A stretch of 63,674 bases of DNA, filler included. It is 7 parts of 7 records of this genome, joined end to end, with 100 filler letters (N's around TTAATTAATTAA, not from the genome) between each part and the next. Parts side by side here need not be neighbours in the genome. Positions count along the whole stretch, not along the records: positions 44,468 to 50,748 come from SRR20825010_590; positions 50,849 to 57,751 come from SRR20825010_595; 5 more parts are not named here. One strand, given 5' to 3'. Made by a program: the position numbers and the translations under genes. Positions 48,763 to 57,751 of this stretch are shown piece by piece; positions within the stretch are counted from its first letter, which is position 1, and every line of letters begins with the position of its first letter. A model generated the notes under the pieces. That model was not told where the DNA came from. It searched no databases and was given only the letters and a program-made list of their open reading frames with translations.

Positions 48763-49341
48763 TCAGGTTTCGTTTGCCAGACGCTTCAGCTTGGCGATTG
48801 CAGTTTCACTGTTTTCTTCATAGGCGATCGTGCCAAAAAAGTCGCCATCGCTGTCGAGCAGCAGGATCGAAGCAGTGTGATCCATCGTGTAATCACCGTC
48901 TTCAAGCTCGACCTTGCGTACATAGATGGAAAAGCCTTTGGCCATGGCGGCGACCTCTTCGGGGTCGCCGGTGATGCCGGTGATACGGTCCGAGAAATTC
49001 GACAGGTAGGTCTTCATGACCTCGGGAGTATCGCGCTCCGGGTCAATGGAGACGAAATAGGGTTTGATGTCGGCGGCTTCATCTCCCAGTTGCTCGAGAT
49101 AACCGTCAAGCTCGAACAGGGTGGTAGGGCATACTTCCGGGCAATGGGTGAAGCCAAAGAAGACGACTCTGGGTCCGCCTTTGAATGCGGCTTCCGTGAT
49201 GGTGTTGCCATCCTGATCGACGAGTTCGAACGGGACGCCGAAGGCTTCGCCCGAATTCTGCTGCTGGTACCACTGAAACGTGAGAAGGCCGACGCCGACG
49301 GCCATGACCGCCAGGATGCCGATGAGAATGGATCGCATCAT
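48763..49341 (-). CDS. SCO1/SenC copper chaperone
   Basis: N-terminal TM, FGFTHCPEVCP, DPERD and YTMDH. Confidence 0.94.
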   Translation of the reverse strand: MMRSILIGILAVMAVGVGLLTFQWYQQQNSGEAFGVPFELVDQDGNTITEAAFKGGPRVVFFGFTHCPEVCPTTLFELDGYLEQLGDEAADIKPYFVSIDPERDTPEVMKTYLSNFSDRITGITGDPEEVAAMAKGFSIYVRKVELEDGDYTMDHTASILLLDSDGDFFGTIAYEENSETAIAKLKRLANET

Positions 49342-49378
49342 TGATGTTTACCTGAAACGAGAATGCTGGAAGGCAGCG

Positions 49379-49540
49379 TCAAAAGCACCAGGACAACCCG
49401 GATTCGACGAGTGCAAGGAAAATCCCGGCCCCGTTTTCCAGCCACATGGCGAAGGCCAGCCCGGTGAACGCGGCCAAAAGCAGCGTCGCCACGCCCAACT
49501 TGAACCACATGGCTGTGTGCCCTGAGTGCTCTGTTTTCAT
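49379..49540 (-). CDS. 53-aa small membrane protein upstream of SCO (absent from the ORF track)
   Basis: MKTEHSGHTAMWFKLGVATLLLAAFTGLAFAMWLENGAGIFLALVESGLSWCF; TM helix; ends 37 nt before the SCO start. Confidence 0.7.
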   Translation of the reverse strand: MKTEHSGHTAMWFKLGVATLLLAAFTGLAFAMWLENGAGIFLALVESGLSWCF

Positions 49541-49793
49541 ACCCCATAATAGGCGCAAGTTCGGGCTTCGCGCAAAGCCTCATCTTGTCGCAAGTGGGAG
49601 CGGGCCTGAAAGCAACCTCCCGCCGCCTGGAGGCCGACGGGAGGTTCAGGGTTGAGGTTAAGTTGCCATAACGGCTATGGGGACGGGTCAACCCCACATA
49701 TGCACTTTAACGATATATGGTTTGGAAATGATTGGCGCGGGCTTCAATCAGTGCGTGTAATCGATAGCATCGAGTGGCTGCGGGAGGTTTGCC

Positions 49794-50162
49794 ATGGCGA
49801 ATGCCGATATTCGGGTAAAGCGGATATATGACCCCGTAGAGGGCAATGACGGGAAGCGAATCCTCATTGACAGACTATGGCCTCGTGGCATGAGCAAGAC
49901 GCGCGCGGCACTCGATGCGTGGCTGCCCGATATCGGGCCGAGCCATGAGTTGCGCAAGTGGTATGCGCACAGACCCGAGCGCTGGAGCGAATTCTGCGAG
50001 CGATATCGGGAGGAACTGGCCCGTCGGAATGAGCTTTTGCAGGAACTGATGGACGCGGCGGAGGAGGGGCCTTTGACATTGCTGTTTTCCGCAACGAATC
50101 GCGATCGCAACCAGGCTGTGGTCGTTCGCCAGCTGTTGCAGGAAAAAAGCGATTCGCGTTGA
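49794..50162 (+). CDS. DUF488 (YeaO) family protein
   Basis: KRIYD, RILIDRLWPRG and PSHELRKW. Confidence 0.92.
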   Translation: MANADIRVKRIYDPVEGNDGKRILIDRLWPRGMSKTRAALDAWLPDIGPSHELRKWYAHRPERWSEFCERYREELARRNELLQELMDAAEEGPLTLLFSATNRDRNQAVVVRQLLQEKSDSR

Positions 50163-50355
50163 AACCTGATCTCAACCACTGATTGTTTCCGCCCCGATAG
50201 AGCATGGAAAGCGGGAAATCAGGGGACGAGCCTACGCGGCGTAGGCGTTTAGCCTATACAGCCCTGTCGCGCTCTTGACTTACTGAATACTTATAGAGAC
50301 ATATGTGCGCGTTTCACCTGTTTATGGTGGTAATTACGGTGTTGGGGCGGATTTT

Positions 50356-50748
50356 ATGATCAAGGATTTCGACAAGCTCAAGCAGCAGCTCAACGAGCTT
50401 TCGGAGGCAGTGAACAAGTTTGAGTCGGAAGCCGTGCAGTTGCGTGTGGTTGAACTGGTACTGGGCCAGAACGATGCTCGACCCGGCGGGTTTTCCGAGG
50501 GGGGGATCAACGACTTCATCGCCGGTCCCGGCATGATGAATGTCGTGCGCAGCACGCCTCGCCCCGGTCGACGCAAGACAACCACTGACAGTGCCAAGGG
50601 CGCCGTGGCAGCCTTGAACGATCTGCTTGAGAGCGACTTTTTCGATACCCCCCGAACCATCGGCGATATTGTTGCTCGCTGCCAGGATACATTCGGCATG
50701 CGCTACAAGTCGAATGCCTTTTCAGGACCGCTCTCGCGCCATGCGCGC
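50356..50748 (+). CDS. Hypothetical protein with a possible C-terminal winged helix; 3' end truncated
   Basis: Helical N-terminus, low-complexity linker, then DFFDTPRTIGDIVARC...Y.S..FSGPL. Confidence 0.6.
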
Positions 50749-50848
50749 NNNNNNNNNNNNNNNNNNNNNNNNNNNNNNNNNNNNNNNNNNNNTTAATTAA
50801 TTAANNNNNNNNNNNNNNNNNNNNNNNNNNNNNNNNNNNNNNNNNNNN
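50749..50848. other. Artificial contig spacer
   Basis: N44-TTAATTAATTAA-N44. Confidence 0.98.
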
Positions 50849-51019
50849 AGGAGTTCCCTTCCAGGGGACGAACCGCGCTTGCGCGGACATCGCCCAACGG
50901 GCGGTCAGGCATATCGGTGCTCGACAGGTCCATCCAGGCAATACCGATCCCAACCCCCATTCGCCATGCAAGTATGGCTTCCACGGGAAGGGAGGGCGAC
51001 CCTGTCTCCCGCGGAAAAA

Positions 51020-51044
51020 TCGCGGTCGAACGACCGCTCCCACA
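51020..51044 (-). repeat. REP element (GTGG/GTAG class)
   Basis: TGTGGGA-GCGGTCG-TT-CGACCGC-GA; a degenerate inverted partner lies at about 50989-51014. Confidence 0.65.
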
Positions 51045-51081
51045 ATGTGCCTCTTCCAAGCAGGAGGGCGCTAGCGGGTTG

Positions 51082-51816
51082 TCAGAACCAGAAACGTATC
51101 CCGACGACCACGCTGCTTTCTTCTGTTTTACCTCCTGCGCCGCGGATGAGGTCGGCCGTGTCGCCGTACTGCTTTTCCCAATTGACGCCGATGTAGGGGG
51201 CGATTTCACGGCGAATTTCGTAGCGCAGGCGTAGCCCGGCTTCGATATCCGTGAGGCCGTTACCGATGCCCAGTTCCTTGTCTTCCTTGCCGTAAAAATT
51301 GGCCTCTATTTCCGGAACCAGCACCAGCTTTTGGGTGATCAGCAGTTCGTACTCTGCCTCGACTCGCAGATTGGTGAGCCCGTCTTCACCCACGAACAAA
51401 TTGGCGTCCACTTCGAAGAGGTAGGGCGCGACGCCCTGAACACCGATGCTGGCCCAGTCCCGGTTGGGGTCGTCCGGTTGCCAGTCCCGCCGCACACCCA
51501 GCTGCCAGTCCCAGAAGGGCGCAAAGGCCCGGTTCCAGGCAAGGCGGGTTTCTGCGCCCTCGGTACCGGCATCCTCGTCGTCGTGCTCCGGATCCATTAA
51601 CCGCTCGCCTTCGGTGCTGAAATACAGCTTATTCAGGTCGCCGCCATGCCAGGCGCTGGCTTCCCAGGCCATGACGGTGCCTTCATCGCTGTCACGGGCT
51701 TCCAGCTGATCGACGGTGACACGGGTGAAACGGGGTTCGTTTTTACTCATGGCCAGGGCTGGTGAGGTGGCCGCCAGTGTGAGGCTGCCTGCCAGGAGCG
51801 TCATCAATGTTTTCAT
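51082..51816 (-). CDS. copB: Copper resistance outer-membrane protein B
   Basis: Signal peptide; VDQLE, GVQGVAPY.FEVD, GLRLRYEIRRE.APYIG and C-terminal RFWF. Confidence 0.93.
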   Translation of the reverse strand: MKTLMTLLAGSLTLAATSPALAMSKNEPRFTRVTVDQLEARDSDEGTVMAWEASAWHGGDLNKLYFSTEGERLMDPEHDDEDAGTEGAETRLAWNRAFAPFWDWQLGVRRDWQPDDPNRDWASIGVQGVAPYLFEVDANLFVGEDGLTNLRVEAEYELLITQKLVLVPEIEANFYGKEDKELGIGNGLTDIEAGLRLRYEIRREIAPYIGVNWEKQYGDTADLIRGAGGKTEESSVVVGIRFWF

Positions 51817-53774
51817 GAGCGGTGCCCTCCATGATCTTGGCCATGTGTGCCGTGCATGCCCTGTGTGTGAGTATCAGGCGTCGACGCAGCGGCGGGGCTG
51901 GTGCTGCCATCAACCACGCGCACTTCCCGGAACATGCCTGCTTCCATGTGATAGAGCAGGTGGCAGTGATAGGCCCAGCGCCCAAGGGCATCGGCGCGTA
52001 CCAGGTAGCTGAGTTTTTCGCCGGGTTTGACGGTGATGGTGTGCTTGCGCAGCAGTTTCCCGTCCCCCAGTTCCAGGTCGCTCCACAGGCCGTGCAGGTG
52101 GATGGGGTGGGTCATCATGGTGTCGTTCACCAGGGTGATGCGTACACGCTCGTGGTGGAACAGTTCCAGGGGCACGGAATCGGCAAACTTGATGCCGTTA
52201 AAACTCCACATGTACCGGTCCATGTTGCCGGTCAGGTGCAGCACGATTTCCCGGTCCGGTTGAAGACTGTCGATGGGGTTGTCGGGAGTGCTGCCGAGGG
52301 TTTCCATGTCGGCATAGGTGAGCACTTTCCAGGGCCGGTCACGCAGGCCAATACCGGGATCGGAAAGCATGTCGCCGGGCGCCATGGCGCGCATGTCGAC
52401 GCCGGGGCCGAATTCACTGGCGGGATGTTCGATGGCGCTGTCACGCGGTGGCAGGTCCGGGTTGTTGCTGTCGACGGCAAAAGGAACGGGGTCGGCATGG
52501 GCGGTGCCGTGGTGCGCCATACTCCCCTTAGTCATATCGCCATGGCCCATGCCGTGATGCTGCATGTGGTCATGGTTCATGGTGTCCTTGTCCATGGCCT
52601 TTTTATTCATGCTCCCATGGTCCATCGATTGATGGTCCATGGCGCCCATGCCCATTTCGGTGTGACCCAGCGGCGGGGGCGCGTCCATCTCAGGGACCAC
52701 AGCGGAAAGGGCAGCATCCGGTGTTAGCGTACCGCGTACGAAGCCACTGCGGTCGATACTCTGGGCGAACAGGGTGTAGGCCTGATCGGCTTTCGGGGCC
52801 ACGATCACATCCAGGGTTTCGGCCACGCCCAGCCGGCATTCATGGAAATCCACCGGTTTTACCGGTTGGCCGTCCATGGCCACCACGGTCATGTCGAGGC
52901 CGGGAATACGAATGTCGAAGAAGGTCATGGCGCTGGCGTTGATAAAACGCAGGCGTATACGTTCACCGGGATTGAATCGGCACGTCCAGTTATTGGCGGG
53001 GCTCTGGCCATTCATCAGGTAGGTATAGGTGTAACCGGTCACGTCCGCCAGGTCGCTCTGGCTCATGCGCATGGTGTTCCACATGTGCCGGTCCTTGAGC
53101 GTTTCGATTACCCCTTTGTTGCGGAAGTCACTCAGCGTGTCGAATACGGTGCGTTCATTGAAATTGTAGTAATGGCTGAGCTTTTTCAGGGTGGCGTAAA
53201 TATGCTCAGGGTCTTCATCGCTCCAGTCAGAGAGTAAAACCACTTCGTCACGGTCCGCTGTGTGTGGGTCAGGGGCGCGCGGATGAATGACAATGGCGCC
53301 ATAGATCCCGGTTTGCTCCTGAAAGCCGGAATGGCTGTGGTACCAGTAAGTGCCGCTTTGTTTCACGGTGAAGCGATAGGTGAAGGTTTCACCGGGGGCG
53401 ATGCCATCGAAAGAGAGCCCGGGTACGCCGTCCATCTGGAAGGGCAGAAGAATGCCGTGCCAGTGGATGGAGCTGGTCTCAGGCAACAGGTTGGTCACCT
53501 TGAGGGTGATGGTGTCACCTTCATTCCAGTGCAGGGTGGGGCCGGGGATGCCGCCATTAATGGTGGTGGCCGGGCGGGTTTTACCGGTGATATTGACGTC
53601 GACGCCGCCCAGGGTCAGGTGAAACGTATCACCGGTGAGAATCGGGGCGTCGGTGTGGCCCTGACTGGCCAGTAGTTGACGGGCGTTGAGTCCGAGCCCC
53701 AGCCCGGCGGCACCCAGTGCCAGGCCCTGCACGAAACGACGTCGTGGCAGGGAAATCTGCGATTGCGTTTTCAT
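51813..53774 (-). CDS. copA: CopA-type multicopper oxidase
   Basis: Tat signal (PRRRFV); HWHG, WYHSH, HPIHLHG and YHCHLLYHM; Met/His-rich insert. Confidence 0.96.
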   Translation of the reverse strand: MKTQSQISLPRRRFVQGLALGAAGLGLGLNARQLLASQGHTDAPILTGDTFHLTLGGVDVNITGKTRPATTINGGIPGPTLHWNEGDTITLKVTNLLPETSSIHWHGILLPFQMDGVPGLSFDGIAPGETFTYRFTVKQSGTYWYHSHSGFQEQTGIYGAIVIHPRAPDPHTADRDEVVLLSDWSDEDPEHIYATLKKLSHYYNFNERTVFDTLSDFRNKGVIETLKDRHMWNTMRMSQSDLADVTGYTYTYLMNGQSPANNWTCRFNPGERIRLRFINASAMTFFDIRIPGLDMTVVAMDGQPVKPVDFHECRLGVAETLDVIVAPKADQAYTLFAQSIDRSGFVRGTLTPDAALSAVVPEMDAPPPLGHTEMGMGAMDHQSMDHGSMNKKAMDKDTMNHDHMQHHGMGHGDMTKGSMAHHGTAHADPVPFAVDSNNPDLPPRDSAIEHPASEFGPGVDMRAMAPGDMLSDPGIGLRDRPWKVLTYADMETLGSTPDNPIDSLQPDREIVLHLTGNMDRYMWSFNGIKFADSVPLELFHHERVRITLVNDTMMTHPIHLHGLWSDLELGDGKLLRKHTITVKPGEKLSYLVRADALGRWAYHCHLLYHMEAGMFREVRVVDGSTSPAAASTPDTHTQGMHGTHGQDHGGHRS

Positions 53775-53783
53775 TGGAGTGCT

Positions 53784-53822
53784 CCTGTTTGTTTGAGAAA
53801 AAAATCAGCTCAAACAGACAGG
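53784..53822 (-). promoter_or_regulatory. Hairpin sequestering the copA Shine-Dalgarno
   Basis: On the minus strand CCTGTCTGTTTGAG pairs with CTCAAACAAACAGG (13 of 14 bp). The 3' arm includes AGG of the SD AGGAG. Confidence 0.75.
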
Positions 53823-54223
53823 GACGGTGGGCGTAACGGCAGGCGATGAATACCGGCGTGAATCGTTGTAATGAGGGAGTCCGTGCCGGGGGGCGAGGGG
53901 ATAAAGGCATTCGCCACAAAGGCAGCGTCACTGGCGGCGGTGATCTGGCACAGGGTAATGCACTGGCAGCTGTCGCTGTCTTCGCAGCCGTTTATCTGCA
54001 TCTGAATCTGCGTCATGTCGTGGCCGGCGGTCATGTCACCATTGGCCGTGTCGGCAGAGTGGTGACAGTGTGTCATGGAGGAGGGCGGCATGGGGCTGTC
54101 GGTAGCCGTGGACATGGCCATGGTGAGCGTGTTTGCAGACAGCAAGCTGCTCACCACCATCAGGGTGGCGGCGAGCAAGGTGGCGATAATTGCCCGGCTC
54201 TGTCTTTTCAATACACTCGACAT
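53810..54223 (-). CDS. CopL/CutF-like leader protein with a C-terminal RPP motif
   Basis: Signal peptide, Met/His/Cys-rich middle (HCHH, C.....CQC...C) and C-terminus LPLRPPSLSV; lies directly upstream of copA. Confidence 0.78.
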   Translation of the reverse strand: MSSVLKRQSRAIIATLLAATLMVVSSLLSANTLTMAMSTATDSPMPPSSMTHCHHSADTANGDMTAGHDMTQIQMQINGCEDSDSCQCITLCQITAASDAAFVANAFIPSPPGTDSLITTIHAGIHRLPLRPPSLSV

Positions 54224-54245
54224 ACTCGCATTATTGACCCTGGGG

Positions 54246-54893
54246 TTACCCCAAGGTCAAGCGGTTCTGGGTCAAGGTGTTGATGACCACGCTGGCAGAA
54301 ATGATCACCAGTAGCACGGCGGTGGCGCGCTCCACCCAATGGTGGTGTTCACGTAACCAAGGCAGCAAGCGGCTGCGCCCCAGCATGATGGCCACCAGAA
54401 TGTACCAGCCGCCATCGATGAACATGGCGGTGAGTACGATCTGGACCCGTGCAGCGTGGGCCATGTCTGCTTCCAGGAACTGGCTGAACACAGCGAGAAA
54501 AAACAGCGCGACTTTGGGATTGAGGAAGGCCACCAGAAAGCCATCCCGGGCGGCGCCATGAAGCACGTTGCTGCGCTCGCCTGAATCGGCGGGGGGCAGG
54601 GGCACGCGGCCTGCCTGCCAGCTTTTCCAGGCCATCCATAACAGGAACAGGGCCCCGGCCAGGGAAAAAAGCTGCTCCAGTACCGGGTAGCGACGGAACA
54701 GGATGGCCATGCCGGTGACGGTGGCTGCCGCCCAGATGCCGATGCCCAGGGCGTGGGTCACGCCTGCGATCGCGCCGGCCCGATGGCCTCCGTGTAGGGT
54801 ATGGCGGGTCACCACCGCCAGGCTGATGCCGGGGGCCATGGCCCCCAGGGCACAGATGCTGGCCAGCAACAGCCAGTCATGGAAGGGAAGCAT
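54246..54893 (-). CDS. LysE/RhtB family exporter
   Basis: GAMAPGIS and GFLVAFLNPKVALFF; about 6 TM segments. Confidence 0.9.
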   Translation of the reverse strand: MLPFHDWLLLASICALGAMAPGISLAVVTRHTLHGGHRAGAIAGVTHALGIGIWAAATVTGMAILFRRYPVLEQLFSLAGALFLLWMAWKSWQAGRVPLPPADSGERSNVLHGAARDGFLVAFLNPKVALFFLAVFSQFLEADMAHAARVQIVLTAMFIDGGWYILVAIMLGRSRLLPWLREHHHWVERATAVLLVIISASVVINTLTQNRLTLG

Positions 54894-54987
54894 TCAGGGT
54901 CTCGTTACACGCAAAGCAGACACTTTAGCGGGTTGGTATGACAGGTTGAAGAGCAGCGCAGCAGTGAGATGCGATTGGGCGGCAAGC

Positions 54988-55146
54988 AGTTGAAAGTTCA
55001 AAGTTTAAAGTTAAAACGCGAAGTTGATGCCCGTGACTGAATGGCTGCTCGGGACTTCGCGGTTCAGCGTTAAGGGCGCGGGCAGGGCATAAAATATGGA
55101 GCTCTCTTTCCCGCGCTTTTGAACTTTCAACTTTTAACTTTGAACT
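54988..55146. repeat. Intergenic element bounded by inverted arrays of AGTTNAA heptamers
   Basis: Left arm AGTTGAA-AGTTCAA-AGTTTAA-AGTTAAA; right arm (reverse complement) AGTTCAA-AGTTAAA-AGTTGAA-AGTTCAA; two internal hairpins. Confidence 0.8.
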
Positions 55147-55150
55147 CGGT

Positions 55151-55648
55151 CTAGTTTCCCGGGTGGTGGCTGAATACCTCGGTGCCGTTTTCATCAAACA
55201 ACAGCACGTCGTAGGCGTCTTTACGGTCGCCCATTTCCATGCCGGGGGAGCCCACGGGCATGCCGGGGACGGTGAGGCCTTTGCCTTCGGGGCGTTCGTC
55301 CAGCAAGCGGTCCACGTCGCTGGCGGGAACATGGCCTTCAATGGCGTAGCCGTCGATAAAGGCGGTATGGCAGGAACCGGTGCCGGGCAGAATGCCAGCT
55401 TTTTCCTTGATGGATTGCAGGTTCTGCTGTTCGTGCACGTTGACGGTGTAGCCGTTGGCTTCCATGTGCTCAACCCAGGCGCCGCAACAGCCACAGGTCG
55501 GGGATTTATACACTTCCAGCACCCTGTCGCTGGTGGCGGTAGCGGCGGGTGCGGTGGCGTCTGTGTTTGCCACGCTGGGTTTGGCCGGCTCGTTATCGCC
55601 ACAGGCGGCCAGTAGCAAGGCAGTAAAAAGAGTGATCCAGATTTTCAT
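55151..55648 (-). CDS. DUF411 metal-binding lipoprotein (CopG-like)
   Basis: Lipobox LAAC, YKSPTCGCC, SCHT, EGHVP and PGMPVGSPGME. Confidence 0.92.
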   Translation of the reverse strand: MKIWITLFTALLLAACGDNEPAKPSVANTDATAPAATATSDRVLEVYKSPTCGCCGAWVEHMEANGYTVNVHEQQNLQSIKEKAGILPGTGSCHTAFIDGYAIEGHVPASDVDRLLDERPEGKGLTVPGMPVGSPGMEMGDRKDAYDVLLFDENGTEVFSHHPGN

Positions 55649-55701
55649 GGGCGTTTCCTGTTTGGTTGGTGTTGCAGTGTATCCGGGAATGTCTTTCCCC
55701 T

Positions 55702-56061
55702 TTATTCCACAAATAAGGTGCCTTGGTACATTTGCATTTGGCAGGTGAAGCGGTACTTGCCTTGAGGCAGATTGTTCAGGGTCAGAGTGGTGATTGAGTC
55801 TGTTTCCAGAAACTCACTGGTGTCCAGCCCCTGGAATATCACCTGCTCGGCGCAGGGGGACGGGTCGCGCCGGTCGAAATGCAGGGTCAGGGATTGCCCT
55901 GCCCTGGCACGAATGGAGGCCGGAGAGTAGACCCCGTCTTCGACAATAATGGTGGCTTCCTGTGTGGTGGCCTGTGCGGTGCTTTTGCGGTGCGATAGCC
56001 AGAACCACCAGACCACCAATGCCATCAATATCAGGCCGGCCAGGTTGATGAAAATAGTCAT
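55702..56061 (-). CDS. Membrane-anchored cupredoxin-domain protein (CupA-like)
   Basis: N-terminal TM, YSP, SPCAE and FTCQMQMY. Confidence 0.88.
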   Translation of the reverse strand: MTIFINLAGLILMALVVWWFWLSHRKSTAQATTQEATIIVEDGVYSPASIRARAGQSLTLHFDRRDPSPCAEQVIFQGLDTSEFLETDSITTLTLNNLPQGKYRFTCQMQMYQGTLFVE

Positions 56062-56711
56062 GATGCCGCCTCCTGGGGTTTGCGAGCGGTGAGTATCACT
56101 GATCGCTTGTGCATGGTGTCACCGAGTACATCCACACTGTCTTCGGCAAAGGTGTCCAGCGTGGTGTCGGTAAAGCCGGCCTGCTCCAGGGCCTGCTGTA
56201 ATTCGGGGCCGTGGTAGGTGGAAAAGCCGTGCTTGAACACCGGCAGGTTGGCCATGCTGTTGTGATCACGCAGGCCCAGCACCAGGGTGCCGCCGGGGCG
56301 TAATAACAGGTTCAACACATTTAGCGCGAGAGGCAGAGGCTGCCAAAAATAGACCACGTTGACGGCAACAATGCGGTCCATGCTAGCGGGGGCCAGCGGC
56401 GCTTGGGTTAGTTCGCCGTGGATAAAGGCGGCGCGGGTTTCACCCAGGTAACGTTCGCGAGCTCGCAAGACCATATCCCGGGAGGCATCCAGACCGGTGT
56501 AGTGCAGGTTGCTCGCCTGCGCTAACAAGCCCGGAAGGTGGCCCGCACTCCCCGGGCCGATTTCCAGAATCCGGTCGCCGTCCGCAGGGGCCAGAGCCTG
56601 GTAGGCCGCGAGAATCACCGGGCTGTTTCGGTCATCCATATTGTCTGCGACCTTGTTGCCTTCTTCACCCTGGGGGTGGCGCAGTTGTGCGGCAAGTTGC
56701 TCCGGTGTCAT
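56058..56711 (-). CDS. Class I SAM-dependent methyltransferase
   Basis: LEIGPG, GLDAS and VNVVYFW...LRPGG; ATGA-coupled on both sides. Confidence 0.88.
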   Translation of the reverse strand: MTPEQLAAQLRHPQGEEGNKVADNMDDRNSPVILAAYQALAPADGDRILEIGPGSAGHLPGLLAQASNLHYTGLDASRDMVLRARERYLGETRAAFIHGELTQAPLAPASMDRIVAVNVVYFWQPLPLALNVLNLLLRPGGTLVLGLRDHNSMANLPVFKHGFSTYHGPELQQALEQAGFTDTTLDTFAEDSVDVLGDTMHKRSVILTARKPQEAAS

Positions 56712-57751
56712 GCGCTTGTTTCCTGGTTGTGTTTGGGTTTGAAAAACCGCAAGCGGTTGGCGTTGGTGACGACGGTGACGGAGCTGAGCGACATGGCCGC
56801 GCCGGCGATCACCGGGCTGAGCAGGCTGCCGGTGAGCGGATAGAGTATGCCGGCAGCCACTGGTACGCCCAGGCTGTTATAGACAAAGGCGCCAAACAGG
56901 TTTTGTTTGATATTGCGCACCGTGGCGGAGGAAATCGCCATGGCATCGGCAACGCCGTGCAGTGAACCGCCCATCAGGGTGATGGCAGCAGATTCGATGG
57001 CCACGTCGGTGCCGGTGCCAATGGCAAAGCCCACATCGGCCTGGGCCAGGGCGGGGGCATCGTTAATGCCATCGCCCACCATGGCCACGGTGCGGCCCTC
57101 TTTTTGCAGGGCGGCCACTTTTTTCGCCTTGTCTTCCGGCAGCACTTCCGCCATGACGTCATCCACACCAGCCTGTTCCGCAATGGCGTTGGCGCTGGCA
57201 GCAATGTCTCCGGTAATCATGATGACTTTCAGCCCTTGCGCTTTAAGGCGGGCAATGGCGGCTTTGGAGTCATCTTTAATGCGGTCGGCCACGCCAATAA
57301 TGGCCAGCAGATTTTTTTGCTCCGACAGAAACAGCGGGGTGGCACCCTTGTCGGTGAGGGGCGTGCTGTCGAGATTGATGGTTACCCCTTCGCTTTCCAA
57401 CCAGCGGCGGTTACCCAGCCGGTACGTTTTGCCATTGATGGTGGCGATGACCCCCTTACCGTTCAGGGCCTGGAATTGAGTGGCGTCGGCCAGCGATAAC
57501 TGCCGCTCTTTGCTCTCGTTGAGAATCGCCGTGGCCAGCGGGTGCTCAGAGCCGCTTTCCAGGCTGGCTGCGAGTTTAAGCACGGTGTCTTCCTGTTGCC
57601 CCTGCGCGCAAATGATATCGGTGACGGCAGGTTTGCCTTCGGTGATGGTGCCGGTCTTGTCGAGGACGATGGTGTCCAGCTGGCTGCTGGTCTGCAGGGC
57701 TTCGCCCTGACGAATCAGAATGCCGTATTCGGCCGCCTTGCCGACGCCCAC
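56708..57751 (-). CDS. Cu(I)-translocating P1B-type ATPase; 5' end truncated
   Basis: DKTGT, SEHPL, TGD and GDGINDAP; the YN and MSLSS transmembrane ligands of the P1B-1 class. Confidence 0.94.
   Translation of the reverse strand: MGVGKAAEYGILIRQGEALQTSSQLDTIVLDKTGTITEGKPAVTDIICAQGQQEDTVLKLAASLESGSEHPLATAILNESKERQLSLADATQFQALNGKGVIATINGKTYRLGNRRWLESEGVTINLDSTPLTDKGATPLFLSEQKNLLAIIGVADRIKDDSKAAIARLKAQGLKVIMITGDIAASANAIAEQAGVDDVMAEVLPEDKAKKVAALQKEGRTVAMVGDGINDAPALAQADVGFAIGTGTDVAIESAAITLMGGSLHGVADAMAISSATVRNIKQNLFGAFVYNSLGVPVAAGILYPLTGSLLSPVIAGAAMSLSSVTVVTNANRLRFFKPKHNQETSA

Noticed and set aside
48763-57751. SCO plus the cop cluster as one copper system
   Set aside because: They are separated by a contig spacer and appear to come from different classes of bacteria.
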